Origin: Gnetum montanum
Taxonomy: Eukaryota > Plantae > Gnetophyta
DNA: 64,000 nt
Assembly: GCA_015680685.1 (NCBI GenBank)
Contig: MNCI01002538.1
Location: forward strand, 214,831 to 278,830
Reading direction: 5' to 3'
Below the pieces are notes generated by a model. That model searched no databases. It saw only the letters and a program-made list of their open reading frames with translations, and was not told the origin of the DNA. Position 1 is the first letter of the stretch. Every line of letters starts with the position of its first letter. This document shows positions 13,910 through 25,653 of the stretch, piece after piece. A program made the position numbers and the translations under genes.

Positions 13910-16900
13910 TATTACATCCCTTCCAGACACATTAGCTATGGTCATACGATGATGATTTATACATTATGTGTCATCTCAGTTGGTTATTGCGGATGACTTA
14001 GCTTATTGTAATTGCACTTTATCTATTATGATTATGATGTTGTTACATGATTAACCAACATGATTATGTACGCTAGCCCTATGGGATGTGTTAGATATGT
14101 GATGTTTCTTATTAGGATGTTGACTTGGGGTACAAGAGCACCTATGCAGTATGCAATTATGCTTTATATGAACATTCAATAGTCATGCATTTGAACTCTA
14201 ACACTATGTTGTATGATGCTTTGGTGTGATTTTGACATGTGAAGGTGTAGAGCATTTGATAAGGATCTTGTAGGTTCAAATGGATTTTATTTTGAAGTCC
14301 TGGTATGGTTGTTATGTACGTTTGAAATGCATGGCATTAGTTGTAGAGGTGAAAAGAAAAATAATATTAGCTTATAAAAATAAAATAGTTAAGAAAAAAA
14401 CAAATAAAAATTATAAAGTTAGGTTGTGCACATGATGTGCACCAAGGAAAAAAAAGAAAAATAAATTGCTTCTATCTTTCTTTTATAAACATATGCTTAA
14501 AAGCATAGTTTTTCTTTTATCATTGTTTTTTTCTTGCTGCCCTTTTACATCACCCATCCATAAAAATTGGGTTTTGTCTAATTTATTTTATTTTGTGCTA
14601 GATTAGTATATATGATCATGAGATGTGGGCATGTGGGGTGGATAGTTAAAATATTGAGCTTGGACATGTTATTTTGCTTATTTCATGAAATTGTACAGTT
14701 TTGGTTAGGAATTGTTTACTAATATATAGGAAATGTATGGTATGATGTAGACTTGGGGAATATGATATGTGATGTTGATGAGACCAATTGGGTTGAAATA
14801 TTATATTTTAGGCACCTATTATGGTGCAAGAGTTTCCAAGTGTCTTAGTCATCACTAGTTGTAATTAAATATTATTAAATATTATTTTATTAATCAAACT
14901 TTAAACATGCATAACTTTGTTTACAAGAGTTTTATTTAGGTGAAATTAGTATCATCAAGATTTTCTTGGAAATTATTTTCTAATCATGGAATTGTTATTT
15001 TGGACATATATGATTTTGGAGGTTAGTATAGTGGTCATTTTGTGGTATTACATGTAGTTTAAGAAATATGATTGTGGTGAAAAATTTTGTTTTGTTGAAT
15101 TGTGGTATTATTTTCATGGAATGAAAGTGATTGTTAGGTGTGGATATATGTGGTTATGTTATGTTGGTTTTGGATGTGTTGTTCTTGTGACATGTGTTAG
15201 CTTAAGCTAGCCAAGCTTTGTACTTGTCTTCATGATGATGCTTGTGATGGTCATTGGCAGGTGGTGCTAGCATGGGGGTGTGAATCAATTGGTGATGAGG
15301 CACATTGGTGGTATTATGGATTGATCCCCGCTATGATGCATTAGTGAGGATCTTGTCTTAGGCCTCATCTTGAGAGTGGGAGAGAATACGTGTGTCCCTT
15401 TCTATGGCTAGTACGTTGCATAAGTGTGTTCATTCCTATAGCTAGTACTTCAAAATGCTAGTGTTTGTAGGTCATATGTTGACAGATCCTAGCACCAGTT
15501 AGAAAATAATAGACTAATAAAAGGCCTATAAGAAATGACTATTTATGAGTATTCATGGAAATGTTTCACATACTACACTAAGTCTTGATATGCTAGTGAC
15601 CACATGGGCTATGTATATGATAGTATTGACTATGTATATGATAGTCTTGTTTTATGAGTCATAGCACTAATATATATCTATATATACTATTTAGATGATG
15701 ATTATGTGAGACATACATTGTTTCATGGTATGAAGTAGGTATGATGGCATGGGAAAGATAGTGGAAATGCATGTGATGTGGTGTAATAGATATGTGATAG
15801 ATTATGTTAGATAGTGATTTTATCTACAATTGTATGATAGCCATCTATTATCTATGATAATGATTCTACCAATGATATGGTATGTGTGTGGGTGTTTGAT
15901 GAGTTGCAATTGGCTTCGTCGACTAGGCCTTGTCAACCTGGCCTGTTGACTAGGAGCCATTGACGAGGCCTTGTCAATGCATCATTTCATGCATCGACTA
16001 GGTCCCATCGATGTAGGGTATACTTTTGCCTATAAATATGAGCTCATTAGCTACATTTATGGCACATCTTGTTGTAGTAGTGGTGGAGCTCTTATAGTTT
16101 TCCCATTTGAGAGTTAGGATTTTTTTTGAGTGCCTATAGCAAGACTCATTGAGTATATGGATTTTTATTCAAGCATTGTTGTACCTAAGCATGATAGTGT
16201 GTGTGGGAATAAAGATGAGATTTCTAATAAATCTTATAGCATTTTGTGATAGATTATATATTTTATTTATACATTCAATTTTTTCAATTAGTTATTCAAT
16301 ATTTTTTAGTAATTAAGCTAATTAAGATAATTAAGTGAGATAAGCTAGATAGATTAAATACATATGTATGACCACTTTGAGCATAACATGTATTCACTTA
16401 GTAATCCTAGCAGTGTTAGTGCTTGGTGCACCTAGTAGCGTAGTGTTTGGTAACCTAGCAATGGATACGTGGGTTCAGGACGTGTGCAAAAACTAGGAAT
16501 GGATGCTTATGTTAGGATTAGTTAGTTAATTTAGATTAGTCATTAAAGTACACACACTCTCTCTCTTCAAGTACCAAAAAACAAAAAACATAAAATGATA
16601 TGCTTCTATTACTCTTAACCATATCATTATTCTTTACAAGTGTAATTGGGAAGACAAAAAATGATCTTAGGGTAAGGTTTAGTTCCTAGAAGACTAGTGT
16701 ACTGGAAACTATAAAGTCCATAGAATTCGACCAACTCATGTGTGAATAATTTGTGATTCATATGGTTGGAAATAGGGGTACCTCACTGTTCATTAGTGTT
16801 ATTTTAAGCATGCACAAGATTAACAGTTGTTGTAGGTTACCTTATATCCCACTCCTCCCCTCCTATGAAGTACTTGTCGACAGTCTAGCAAGGGAAGTGC

Positions 16901-17312
16901 AAAGGCTTCCCTCTTTATTTTATACTGAATTTATTTAATTATAGGTGAAAGTCATAGAAACATAGATGAGCATGGAAAGAGAGAGTAGAGGATGGAAGAA
17001 TCTTCAAGGGTTGGTTAATGTATCTGTATGAAGCTCTCTATACTCTTCTATATATATGATGATGTTTATGTATTTTTGTATCCTATGAGAGTAGTGTAGA
17101 TTGTTGGATTGTGTAGAGACATGTAATTTTATAAATTGACATGTATGTTTATTTTTTGGGTTGGCATGGATTGTTGTGTAGTTTGACCTTCCTTAATATA
17201 ATGTATTTCTACATATCATTAACTTTTAGTTTATCATGCTTCCATTGTAATATTACTAGTGATCCTAGGCATCACCTTGCCCTTACTAGGTGTGGTAGGG
17301 TAGGGTGTTACA
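13910..17312 (+). repeat. 3' LTR of the chromovirus element, interrupted by a solo LTR
   Basis: TATTACATCCCTTCCAGACACATTAG...GGGTGTTACA; lacks about 270 bp present in the 5' LTR (near 7290-7560). Confidence 0.92.
15897..16795 (+). mobile_element. Solo LTR of the Athila-like family inserted into the chromovirus 3' LTR
   Basis: TGATGAG...GGGGTACCTCACTGTTCATTA ends; perfect GTGTT duplication (15892-15896, 16796-16800); absent from the 5' LTR at the same site (about 8865). Confidence 0.92.
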
Positions 17313-17700
17313 AGGTCTCTAAAATATTGAAGAGTTGATGAGTATCTATCAACTACATCTATCAAAGGTTTTCATTGGATAAAATCCTTGAGAAACATGT
17401 CTTAAAATTTATAAAATGAAACTAATTATTTATTATGTTCACAAGAGTCACAAGAGCACTATGGATCCATTGGGTAGAAATTTATTTAACAGTTTTACTT
17501 GGTGTTTTCTTTATATCACAGAATCCAAACATAATTATCAAAATCTTACATTTATAAACATCCTAACTTAATAATAACAGAATTTAGTAAACCACAACAA
17601 ATTTTTGAATGAATAAAAACTTACATCCAATGGTTATCTATGTTTATAAACAATAAGTATTAGCCACATTTCTACATTACATTTTCAATTTTGGATAGTA
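17313..17700 (-). pseudogene. Ulp1/C48 peptidase-like pseudogene, His and Asp motif fragments
   Basis: YLLFINIDNHW (INIDNHW at 17647-17627) followed by a GTAAG donor; LDS at 17528-17520; order matches the His-Asp-Cys triad together with the fragment at 6578-6607. Confidence 0.45.
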
Positions 17701-20229
17701 GGAATGAGAAAATCTGGCAAAATACATGATGATGTAACATTTGACAATTGTCTTGGAAAACTCAAAGACCATTACAAAGGCCTAGCATATACAAATTGTG
17801 TAGAGAAAGGTACCAAAGGCTGATGAGCATAAAAATAATTGCATTTCTACAACTTATCACTAAAAAATTATCATCACTTAAAAGGCTTATCCCTATGGCC
17901 TATCACTACTGGCCTGAAATACTAGGAAACATGTGCCCTTGCTTTCACATGTAGCATAAAACACTCACTATATTAAGATGAGAAATTGGAAATAACATGC
18001 TCCAATACTAGTTCAAATTTGTGAAGGCCTATCATGGAAGAGATTTATTTAAACCATATTATTCTACCACTCATGAAGTAAATTAAGCCCTATCACAAAA
18101 ATTCATGACCATTAGTAAAAGAAGAGAGGAAGGAAAATTGAGAGAATATAATAGATAACATGATAGAATTAGTTATGGAGGAATAAGAGAGAGAATATTT
18201 GAAATTAGAGCTATGAGAATATACCAAAAGAATGGAAATCACTCCCAAAGAAATGTGTAAAAATCAACTAGTGATTTAATAGCGTATAAAACCATCGCAA
18301 AGATTCAAATTGGTGAATAGAATTTAATAAACAATGGTTAAGCAAGAATAGAAGATTTGAACTCAAACAAGTTCATGTAAGAAACCTTTGCAAGATCACC
18401 AAAGCTAGTGAACTAAATTCACAAAAAATCATGGAACGAGTAAATTAACTTGTAATTGTAACAAGTGTAGCCAATGAGGGATAGCTAAACTAGCTAGCTC
18501 ATTGTTTGACAAAGATGTGCAGGTAAGATATTGTCAATTTGAATCACCCTTAAAACACTATTATGTTCTTCTAAAGTTCTTATAAAGTACCATATTTTCT
18601 ATATGTATTGGGTGTAGCTATGGGAAACTTGAGGCACTGCTATAAGGATCATCATCTAGAGGCTCAATTCTCATACTAACAAGGGAAGATCCTAGGAGGA
18701 TTGGTGAATGACCAAAATTCTAAGCTCTTTCAAGTGGTTATGCCCAACTTCAAATCCAAGTCTTATGACATGAGAAACAAACACCTTACCATCACTTCAA
18801 CCTGAGGCATCACTATGTTCTTTTGAAATTCTTCTAAAGTACATATTTGCTATATGCATTTGGGGGTATCTATGGTCAAATTGTTTTAGTTCTAAATAAT
18901 TGCTTATATTGCAATAGACAATACTATTGTATTAGTAATTTATAATTTTGATTTACATTTAATTTTTTAAAACATATTATTCGTAGTAGACCAAAACTCA
19001 AACATGCAAAAATCATTTTAACAACAATTGTATATTAACAACAATCTAGAAGTACTATATATATTCCCTTATCAAAACTCAAACCACCAATTTTAGAAAC
19101 ACTACCATAGAATGCTAGATTGACAACCTCTTCACTTTATCCATATATTTCAAATATTTATGCACCATAATAGCTATGATAAATAAACATAGAAAATACT
19201 TGAAATGCAAACCATCAATTTCTAATTCATTCACAATGTATAGAGAATCATAAAAACTATTAACAATAAATTGAATTTAGTCAAAAGATGAATTGAAGAA
19301 TAGTGTAGCTAGAAAGCAAAGAAATGCTTATTTTTGAAAGTATATTTAGTAGTCCTAACTTCAATTCCTACAAGACAATAAAATAGGAGATGATTTCACT
19401 AACTTTATGAAGCATTTTTATACAAAAACTAAAAAAAATTCTTCTTCAAAAACAAATATTAAACAAAATGAAAATGTAGAAACAAAAAAATGTTCCATTG
19501 ATGATAAGTGGTACACATAATTTCAAATAACAATAATATATAAAAGACAATGTTTGACTTGTTTTGATTTTGATTATAAATGACTAGGACACATGTCTTT
19601 ATGTGTGACATCAAATATTGTATAGGAAACAAACTACTTGTAGATCATTGGACCATGCTGATGACAATAAGCTTGCTCTTGAGTTTTTTTATCATGTAAT
19701 ATATTTGCAAATCTTTTTCATGGGCTATGAAATTTTATAAGAATTGCAAGAAAGCCCCTTCAAGGAACATCTCTTTATTGTGAACCAATTAGTTTTTAAT
19801 TTCTCATAAATAAACATGCTAACACTGAATTTGAAGTATCTAATTATATCCATGTGGACACCACAAGATGTTTATGTTATACTGGATAACATTTAATTTC
19901 AACATTTTCTTTTATATGAGTTTTCTATATAATGATATACCACATTGGAATTGAACATATAACCTATATGATGCAAATAACTAATCTTATGAGTAATCTA
20001 TATGTCACTACTAAGGAAATAGAGCTTAATACTTGCTTAGAACACTCACAATATCTAATACCCTAATTTGAACATTATCCATATTTGGGTTATCCATGTA
20101 GAAACATATATTTTTGTTATACACATTTTATGGGACATCCATATTTCAATTTAGCTCCAATACTTTCAATATTCTGCCTTTTTTATTTTTTTAATCGTTA
20201 CATGATATTAATTTGAAATTTTGAGGATA

Positions 20230-23200
20230 GAAGAACAAAGGATGGAAAGAAGAGGTAATGAGTAGCATAGAGGTAAGGAGTGTCACAGAGGTTGAGGAAT
20301 TGAGCTCAATAGAGGTAATGACAATGGGCTAAGCACTAGTGAGAAGGCCTTGTTGGGGGCAATCGAGCCATGATGCCTAGATTCCTAGGAAGGAGTGTAT
20401 TGATGCTAGAGCCTTAATGCCTAGTGTCCTAGGAAGTGGGGCATTGATACAGTCTCAAAATCCTATGGGTCAATGTGATTATAGATGCAAAATCCTATGC
20501 ATGAGGGTTTGAGAATAATGAAGGTCAATCTTATTGAGAAGTTTATTTTGGCTAGTGGTTGGCCATGACTAGATCATACCCAGCATTGGGTTGTTGCTTC
20601 TTGGGATATAGCAATGTGAAGATTTACTCACTCTCAAGGAAGATTTTTTGTTAATTTTCTAGAATATGGATGATTGGAATTATATCTTACTAGGTGGTCC
20701 ATGGTTCTTTGACACCATGGGAATTATCCTCACCCACTCAATACTAAGAGTACATTGAGATCTTGACCTATTCACATGGGATCTTGTGTGGGTGAGGGTT
20801 TGAAAAGTTTACAATAACAAAAGAATGAAATGGATATGCTAGGTTTTGTATGTGGAAACCTCTATCTTCAGATAACCTCCTCCATGAGATCCATATTGAC
20901 ATTCCTTATAGTGAAGAAATGATAGTTGTTATGTATGAGAATGTTACAAATTTACAAGCTCACTCTCGAGCTTAATCCCCTAGGTTGTTTGGCACCTATG
21001 GCAAAGGGAGTCATATTACCAAGGACTACTACACATGTCCCAAGAAGGAAAAAAAAAATTAATGGTGTCTAGGGATGGATGGATGGTTGTAAGAAAGAAG
21101 AGAATAGCTTTTCCAATCATCCCCCATATCCTCTCCCCACTCTCAATAGCAAAAGTGCCTAATATTATGAAGCTGACTCTTTCTACACCAATGTCATGGA
21201 GCCAGTGCTCCTTACTCCTGAACTAATCATATGAAGGAAAATTACTTAAGTGTACCCCTTCCTACCTATTGGTGGAACTCATACCATTGGGAGATTGGAT
21301 CTTGATGAGTTATGGCTCCTCTATACCAACTCTGGAGCTAGTTTTTTGTTAGCTACTGAAATGTGATGACTAGGGTTTCTCAGTGAAGATTGAGACAAAG
21401 AAGGACAAAAGAACAAATGGGTAGGATATGTAGTTAAAGAAGACCTAGTAGTAGATTGATTTTGAGACTTAAGAAACCATCAAAGGGGTCTACAAGGAAA
21501 CAACTACTAGTAGACCATGAAGATCCTCTCAAGGGATTTCAAGAAATAAGGTATCCCCTACAAAAGATGTACCTTAAAGGAATTAGTGCATGCAAGCAAT
21601 TGCAACACTGTGTGTCTTTAAGAGAATAAACTCCAATCTATAAAATGCACTGTATTATGTTGGAAAGGATGGAATTCATGTTTTAGTAGACTATCACAAA
21701 AGGTCAGGGGACCTATGACTCTATCCAATTTGTTGATGGACTTGGTTGATACTTCCACATGAAGTACCATAATATTCATGCCCTTGCAAAGGATATGGAT
21801 AATGAAATTCTATGAATCATAGGACTATGATGACTAACTACAATAGTTGCATAGGGTTATTGGATAAATCTTGGATCAAAAAGCTTAGGTCCTAATAGGA
21901 TATTTTAAGTAGTGGTTACATACATGGGAAAAGACTAGGAAACTTAAACACACATCTAGGAAGTCAAGATTCTTTGTGATACATCCAAACCTTCAACATG
22001 ATGTATGTTGATATCAAAGGTTGTCACTTGGAGTAATAAAAGGAAAGAGACAGATTAGAGCTTTTCTAGGATTGATAGAGTTTGGGTTAGTATCAATATC
22101 TTCCTTAATTCTAGGATCTCTATTAGTGGGCATGTTTAAAGAGCATCAAATTATCAGGTCCTTCTTTGCTTTGTATGTGATACTAAAAAGCCGAGACCTA
22201 CCCACTTCAAACTTGAATGATCATGTTTGATGAAATCTTGGTTTGGCCAATTGATCTTAGATGCCTATAAGAGGTATCCATCATAGGAAGACCCCTAGGA
22301 TTTCCCTAAATAAGGGCTTGCCTTGCTTAAATAGGGGATCTTGAAAATGTAGGCCAAGTTCATCATGCCAACTTGCAAAAATGACTACTTTATATACAAA
22401 CCAATCAAGAACATGGGAACTCTCCAAATGAGGAGGATTGTGACCTTCTCCTCCAACTACAACAACTATCAAAAGAAGTAGGAAAATATTGAAAAGAAAG
22501 ATCACATACAAGATGGCTAAGGAATGATGATTGAAACCCAAAATTCTTTTTTATCATGACAAAGCCTAACAAAGAGGCTAAACTGATGAATGTTATTTTG
22601 TAAGGGAGAAACTTGGTTCATAATACACATAATACTGCTCAAGTAATATAATAGTAATGGTGTGGAATCTAGAATGGGGGAGATCCCTTTCCAATCTCCA
22701 TTCCAATCTAGAGGATTATTTAGAATTAGAATAATAAAAGACTAATCACTCCTATTACTATGAAGAAAATCTTAGAAGTCATGAGATCCTTGAAAACTAC
22801 TTAGGCCTTAGGACTAGATGGATGGTCAATTAAGTTCTTCAGAGAATTTTTTGAGCTCTTAGAGGATAACATCATTGATGTCTTCAACCTTATGCTTCAA
22901 TGGAAATATGTCAAACATAAGATTAACTACTCAAGGATTATGCTGATACCAAAAATCTACAACCCTACAGACCCAACACACTTTAGATCAATAAGAGCAT
23001 GCAATACACTCCTCAAACTATTCAAAAAGATCTTGGTCATGTTGCTTCAACTACTAATGTCATCCCTCATGGACATCTAGAAAAAAAATTTGTTAAGGAA
23101 ATGTTTTTTCAAGACTAGATGTTGATGTTACATGAAGTCACACATTTAATTTAGAAAGTCAGATTTCAAGGCAGGTGTATTAAATTAGATATTGCTAAGA

Positions 23201-24160
23201 CATATGATACCATGTACTGGGACTCCCTCAAAGACATCATGCTTTGAACGAGGATTCACCCAAATTTTGTTAATTTGTGTATAAACCTCAAGGCCATCGA
23301 AGCCTATTCGTTGAATATTAATGAATGTTTATTGGTGTTTTTCTCCCCCCACTAGGGACTACACCAAGGTGATCCCCTTCCATGTTACATGTTCATTATT
23401 ACAATGAACACAATGAATGCATACTATAAGTTAGAAAGGATCAAAGGACTAAACATTGTGGGAGTTACATGTATTTTTGAATACTATGTAGATGACATGA
23501 TATTGTTTACCAAGGTGATTGTATCATAGGTGTAGGCCATGGCTAGAGCCCTCACAAGAGTGTCCTATGAAATTTATGTTACTACTAATTGGGATAAGTT
23601 TGCTACTCATTTCTTCTTTATAGAAATAAATGTTAAAGAAATATGTTGAATCTTGGAAATCCTACTAAGATATTCTTGATACTTCTACTTAGGAGTGCTC
23701 ATGTTTTCATGGAATAGGAATATCAACTAGAACTATCTAAGTCAAAAGATCTAGGCAAGGGTACAACATTTGACCTCCTACTTCCATACAAGGAATAGGT
23801 GGATGCTACTAGCCTTGTTGGTACTTTCCATCATGCTAAATTTTATTGCTTTAGTGGAAACACCTTTAAAAGGGGTTATCACCAAATTAGAAAAAATCAT
23901 CTGAAACTTAATCTAGTTAGGAGGAAGGGAAGGTTATTGGACGAAAATTATATGTTGGGAAAAGGTGGCATGGTTGAAGAACTCAAGGGGTTAAGGTGAT
24001 GGGTTTTGAGGATGTTAACTTGATGGGTTTTCAAGGTCTTATTAATTGATTCATATGGGAGGATAGAGGGTAGACACACTAGGCGATTATCTTCAAAGGA
24101 AATATCAACCATGGAATAGGGACATGTGAGGCTCTCACCCATGGAAAAACGTTTGCATGT
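20230..24160 (+). mobile_element. L1-type LINE, degenerate, 5' portion (ORF1, endonuclease, RT)
   Basis: DUF4283-like WNYILLGGPWFFD near 20675-20713; RT motifs LGLDGW..KFFREF, IMLIPKIYNPTDPTHFRSIRACN (22892-23080), RGLHQGDP near 23353, YVDD near 23485. Left boundary approximate. Confidence 0.85.
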
Positions 24161-24180
24161 TGATGAGACGTGACATGCAT

Positions 24181-24262
24181 AGTGCCATGATATCGCTTAC
24201 GCGATATCGTGGCCGCCGCGATATCCCGTCTCTCCATGCAATATCACGTACGCGATATCGTG
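24181..24262. repeat. Clustered palindromic GCGATATCGC-type repeats in U3
   Basis: Five imperfect copies upstream of the TATA box; also at 30411-30495. Confidence 0.85.
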
Positions 24263-24277
24263 GTCCGCCACCATATC

Positions 24278-24285
24278 TATAAATA
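24278..24285 (+). promoter_or_regulatory. LTR TATA box
   Basis: CTATAAATAAGAGG, conserved in family LTRs (30511, 61726; CTATAAATA at 16030); AATAAA at 24454-24459 followed by a T-rich tract. Confidence 0.75.
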
Positions 24286-24533
24286 AGAGGTGGCACTCCC
24301 TTCATTTCCCAATCTTGGCTAGAAGTAGCAAAGCTCTGACAGTTTGAACACTCCAGAGTTAGATTAATTTCCCATGTGCCCGCAGTAGGAGTCCTAGAGT
24401 GAACGGCTCTTTATTCAAGCAACTTTGTAACCTGAACAAAAGTTGTGTACGAAAATAAAGATGAACTTGATTGGATAAACCTTGCAGTACATGGTTTTAT
24501 TTTGTTGTTATTTATTGCTTTCCTAGTGCGCAT

Positions 24534-24952
24534 GAGTACTACTTGATTACGAGCATCTACGGATGTGTACGACTAATCAAGGAATCAGCTGCTCGTCGCA
24601 ACGCGTGAGTACGACTTGATTACGAGCATTGGATTACTTGGTAACCCAATAGCGTATTCCAGGATCTGCGCTTGGTAATCCCAGTGGTAGTCCAATGTGT
24701 ACGACTAGTCAAGGAATCAGCTACTCATTGCTAGGCTAGAATGTGTGATAAGTACGACTTGGCTACGAGTGCCCACGGGTGTGTACAGCTAGCCAAGGAA
24801 TCGACTGCTTATCACACTTAGGCTAAATAGGTGCCTTAGTACGACCACTTCGAGCACGTGCGTTACGTGTGGTGATCCCAGTAACGATTAGCGTTTGGTA
24901 AGCCACAGATGCACAGTTCAGGGTGTGTACGGTAAGTGGGAACGGATGCTGA
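24534..24952 (+). ncRNA. Candidate structured cis-RNA element, four tandem covarying stem-loop modules in LTR U5
   Basis: Fixed loops AGTACGA / CGAG / TGTACGG / GAA(T)CGG separated by stems whose sequence changes while pairing is kept; function unknown. Confidence 0.6.
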
Positions 24953-25653
24953 TGCTAGTTAATTTAGACTTAGGTCCTTAGTTAGAGTTAGCTTAGTTTA
25001 TCAACCCTTTCCCTCATAGCTTAGGAGATAAACTTAAAAATACCAAAAAAATCATATACCTCAGACTTGCTTAACCATACACCGTGACACATACAAGCAA
25101 GCCTGGGAAGACAACGAACGATTAACCNNNNNNNNNNNNNNNNNNNNNNNNNNNNNNNNNNNNNNNNNNNNNNNNNNNNNNNNNNNNNNNNNNNNNNNNN
25201 NNNNNNNNNNNNNNNNNNNNNNNNNNNNNNNNNNNNNNNNNNNNNNNNNNNNNNNNNNNNNNNNNNNNNNNNNNNNNNNNNNNNNNNNNNNNNNNNNNNN
25301 NNNNNNNNNNNNNNNNNNNNNNNNNNTAAGGTTACATATACTCATCCTGATGAGTATGTCCCTGACTTTACTTTTATTCTCCATCAAGATGAACAACTGT
25401 GATGGAGAGATCTACAAGGTAACATTGTGTTAGCCCCAGAAGGAGCAGCCCCTAACATGCTTTTCCGTGCCTTAGCACATATTGGCATGCAAGAACTGTT
25501 TGCAGAATACATTCTGGATGACCATGACACAAGGGATTATCATCCCACAAATGTCCAACATATTCAGGATGCAAGGCAGGAGAGCCAACATTCATTGTTG
25601 AAGGGAAGGTCCCCCATGTCCTTAGTGAAATAGGAGACGAGGAACCCCTCACA

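Larger units (their letters stand above)
6614..17312 (+). mobile_element. Full-length degenerate Ty3/gypsy chromovirus (Tekay/Del-like)
   Basis: Two long homologous LTRs, Met-tRNA PBS, gag-PR-RT-RH-INT-chromodomain, PPT AAGGAGGGGAGAG (13897-13909), target-site duplication AGGCC (6609-6613) / AGGTC (17313-17317). Confidence 0.93.
24161..25236 (+). repeat. 5' LTR (right end inferred, lies in an N gap)
   Basis: Matches 30395 onward up to the gap at 25128. Confidence 0.88.

Noticed and set aside
24161-24170. TGATGAG at LTR starts as a hammerhead (retrozyme) core
   Set aside because: It is the LTR terminal inverted repeat (TGATGAG...CTCATCA); the leading C and the GAAA partner are missing.
25337-25360. 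CTGATGAG suggesting a hammerhead ribozyme core
   Set aside because: It is one arm of a simple hairpin (ATACTCATC/GATGAGTAT); no GAAA core strand or three-stem junction follows.
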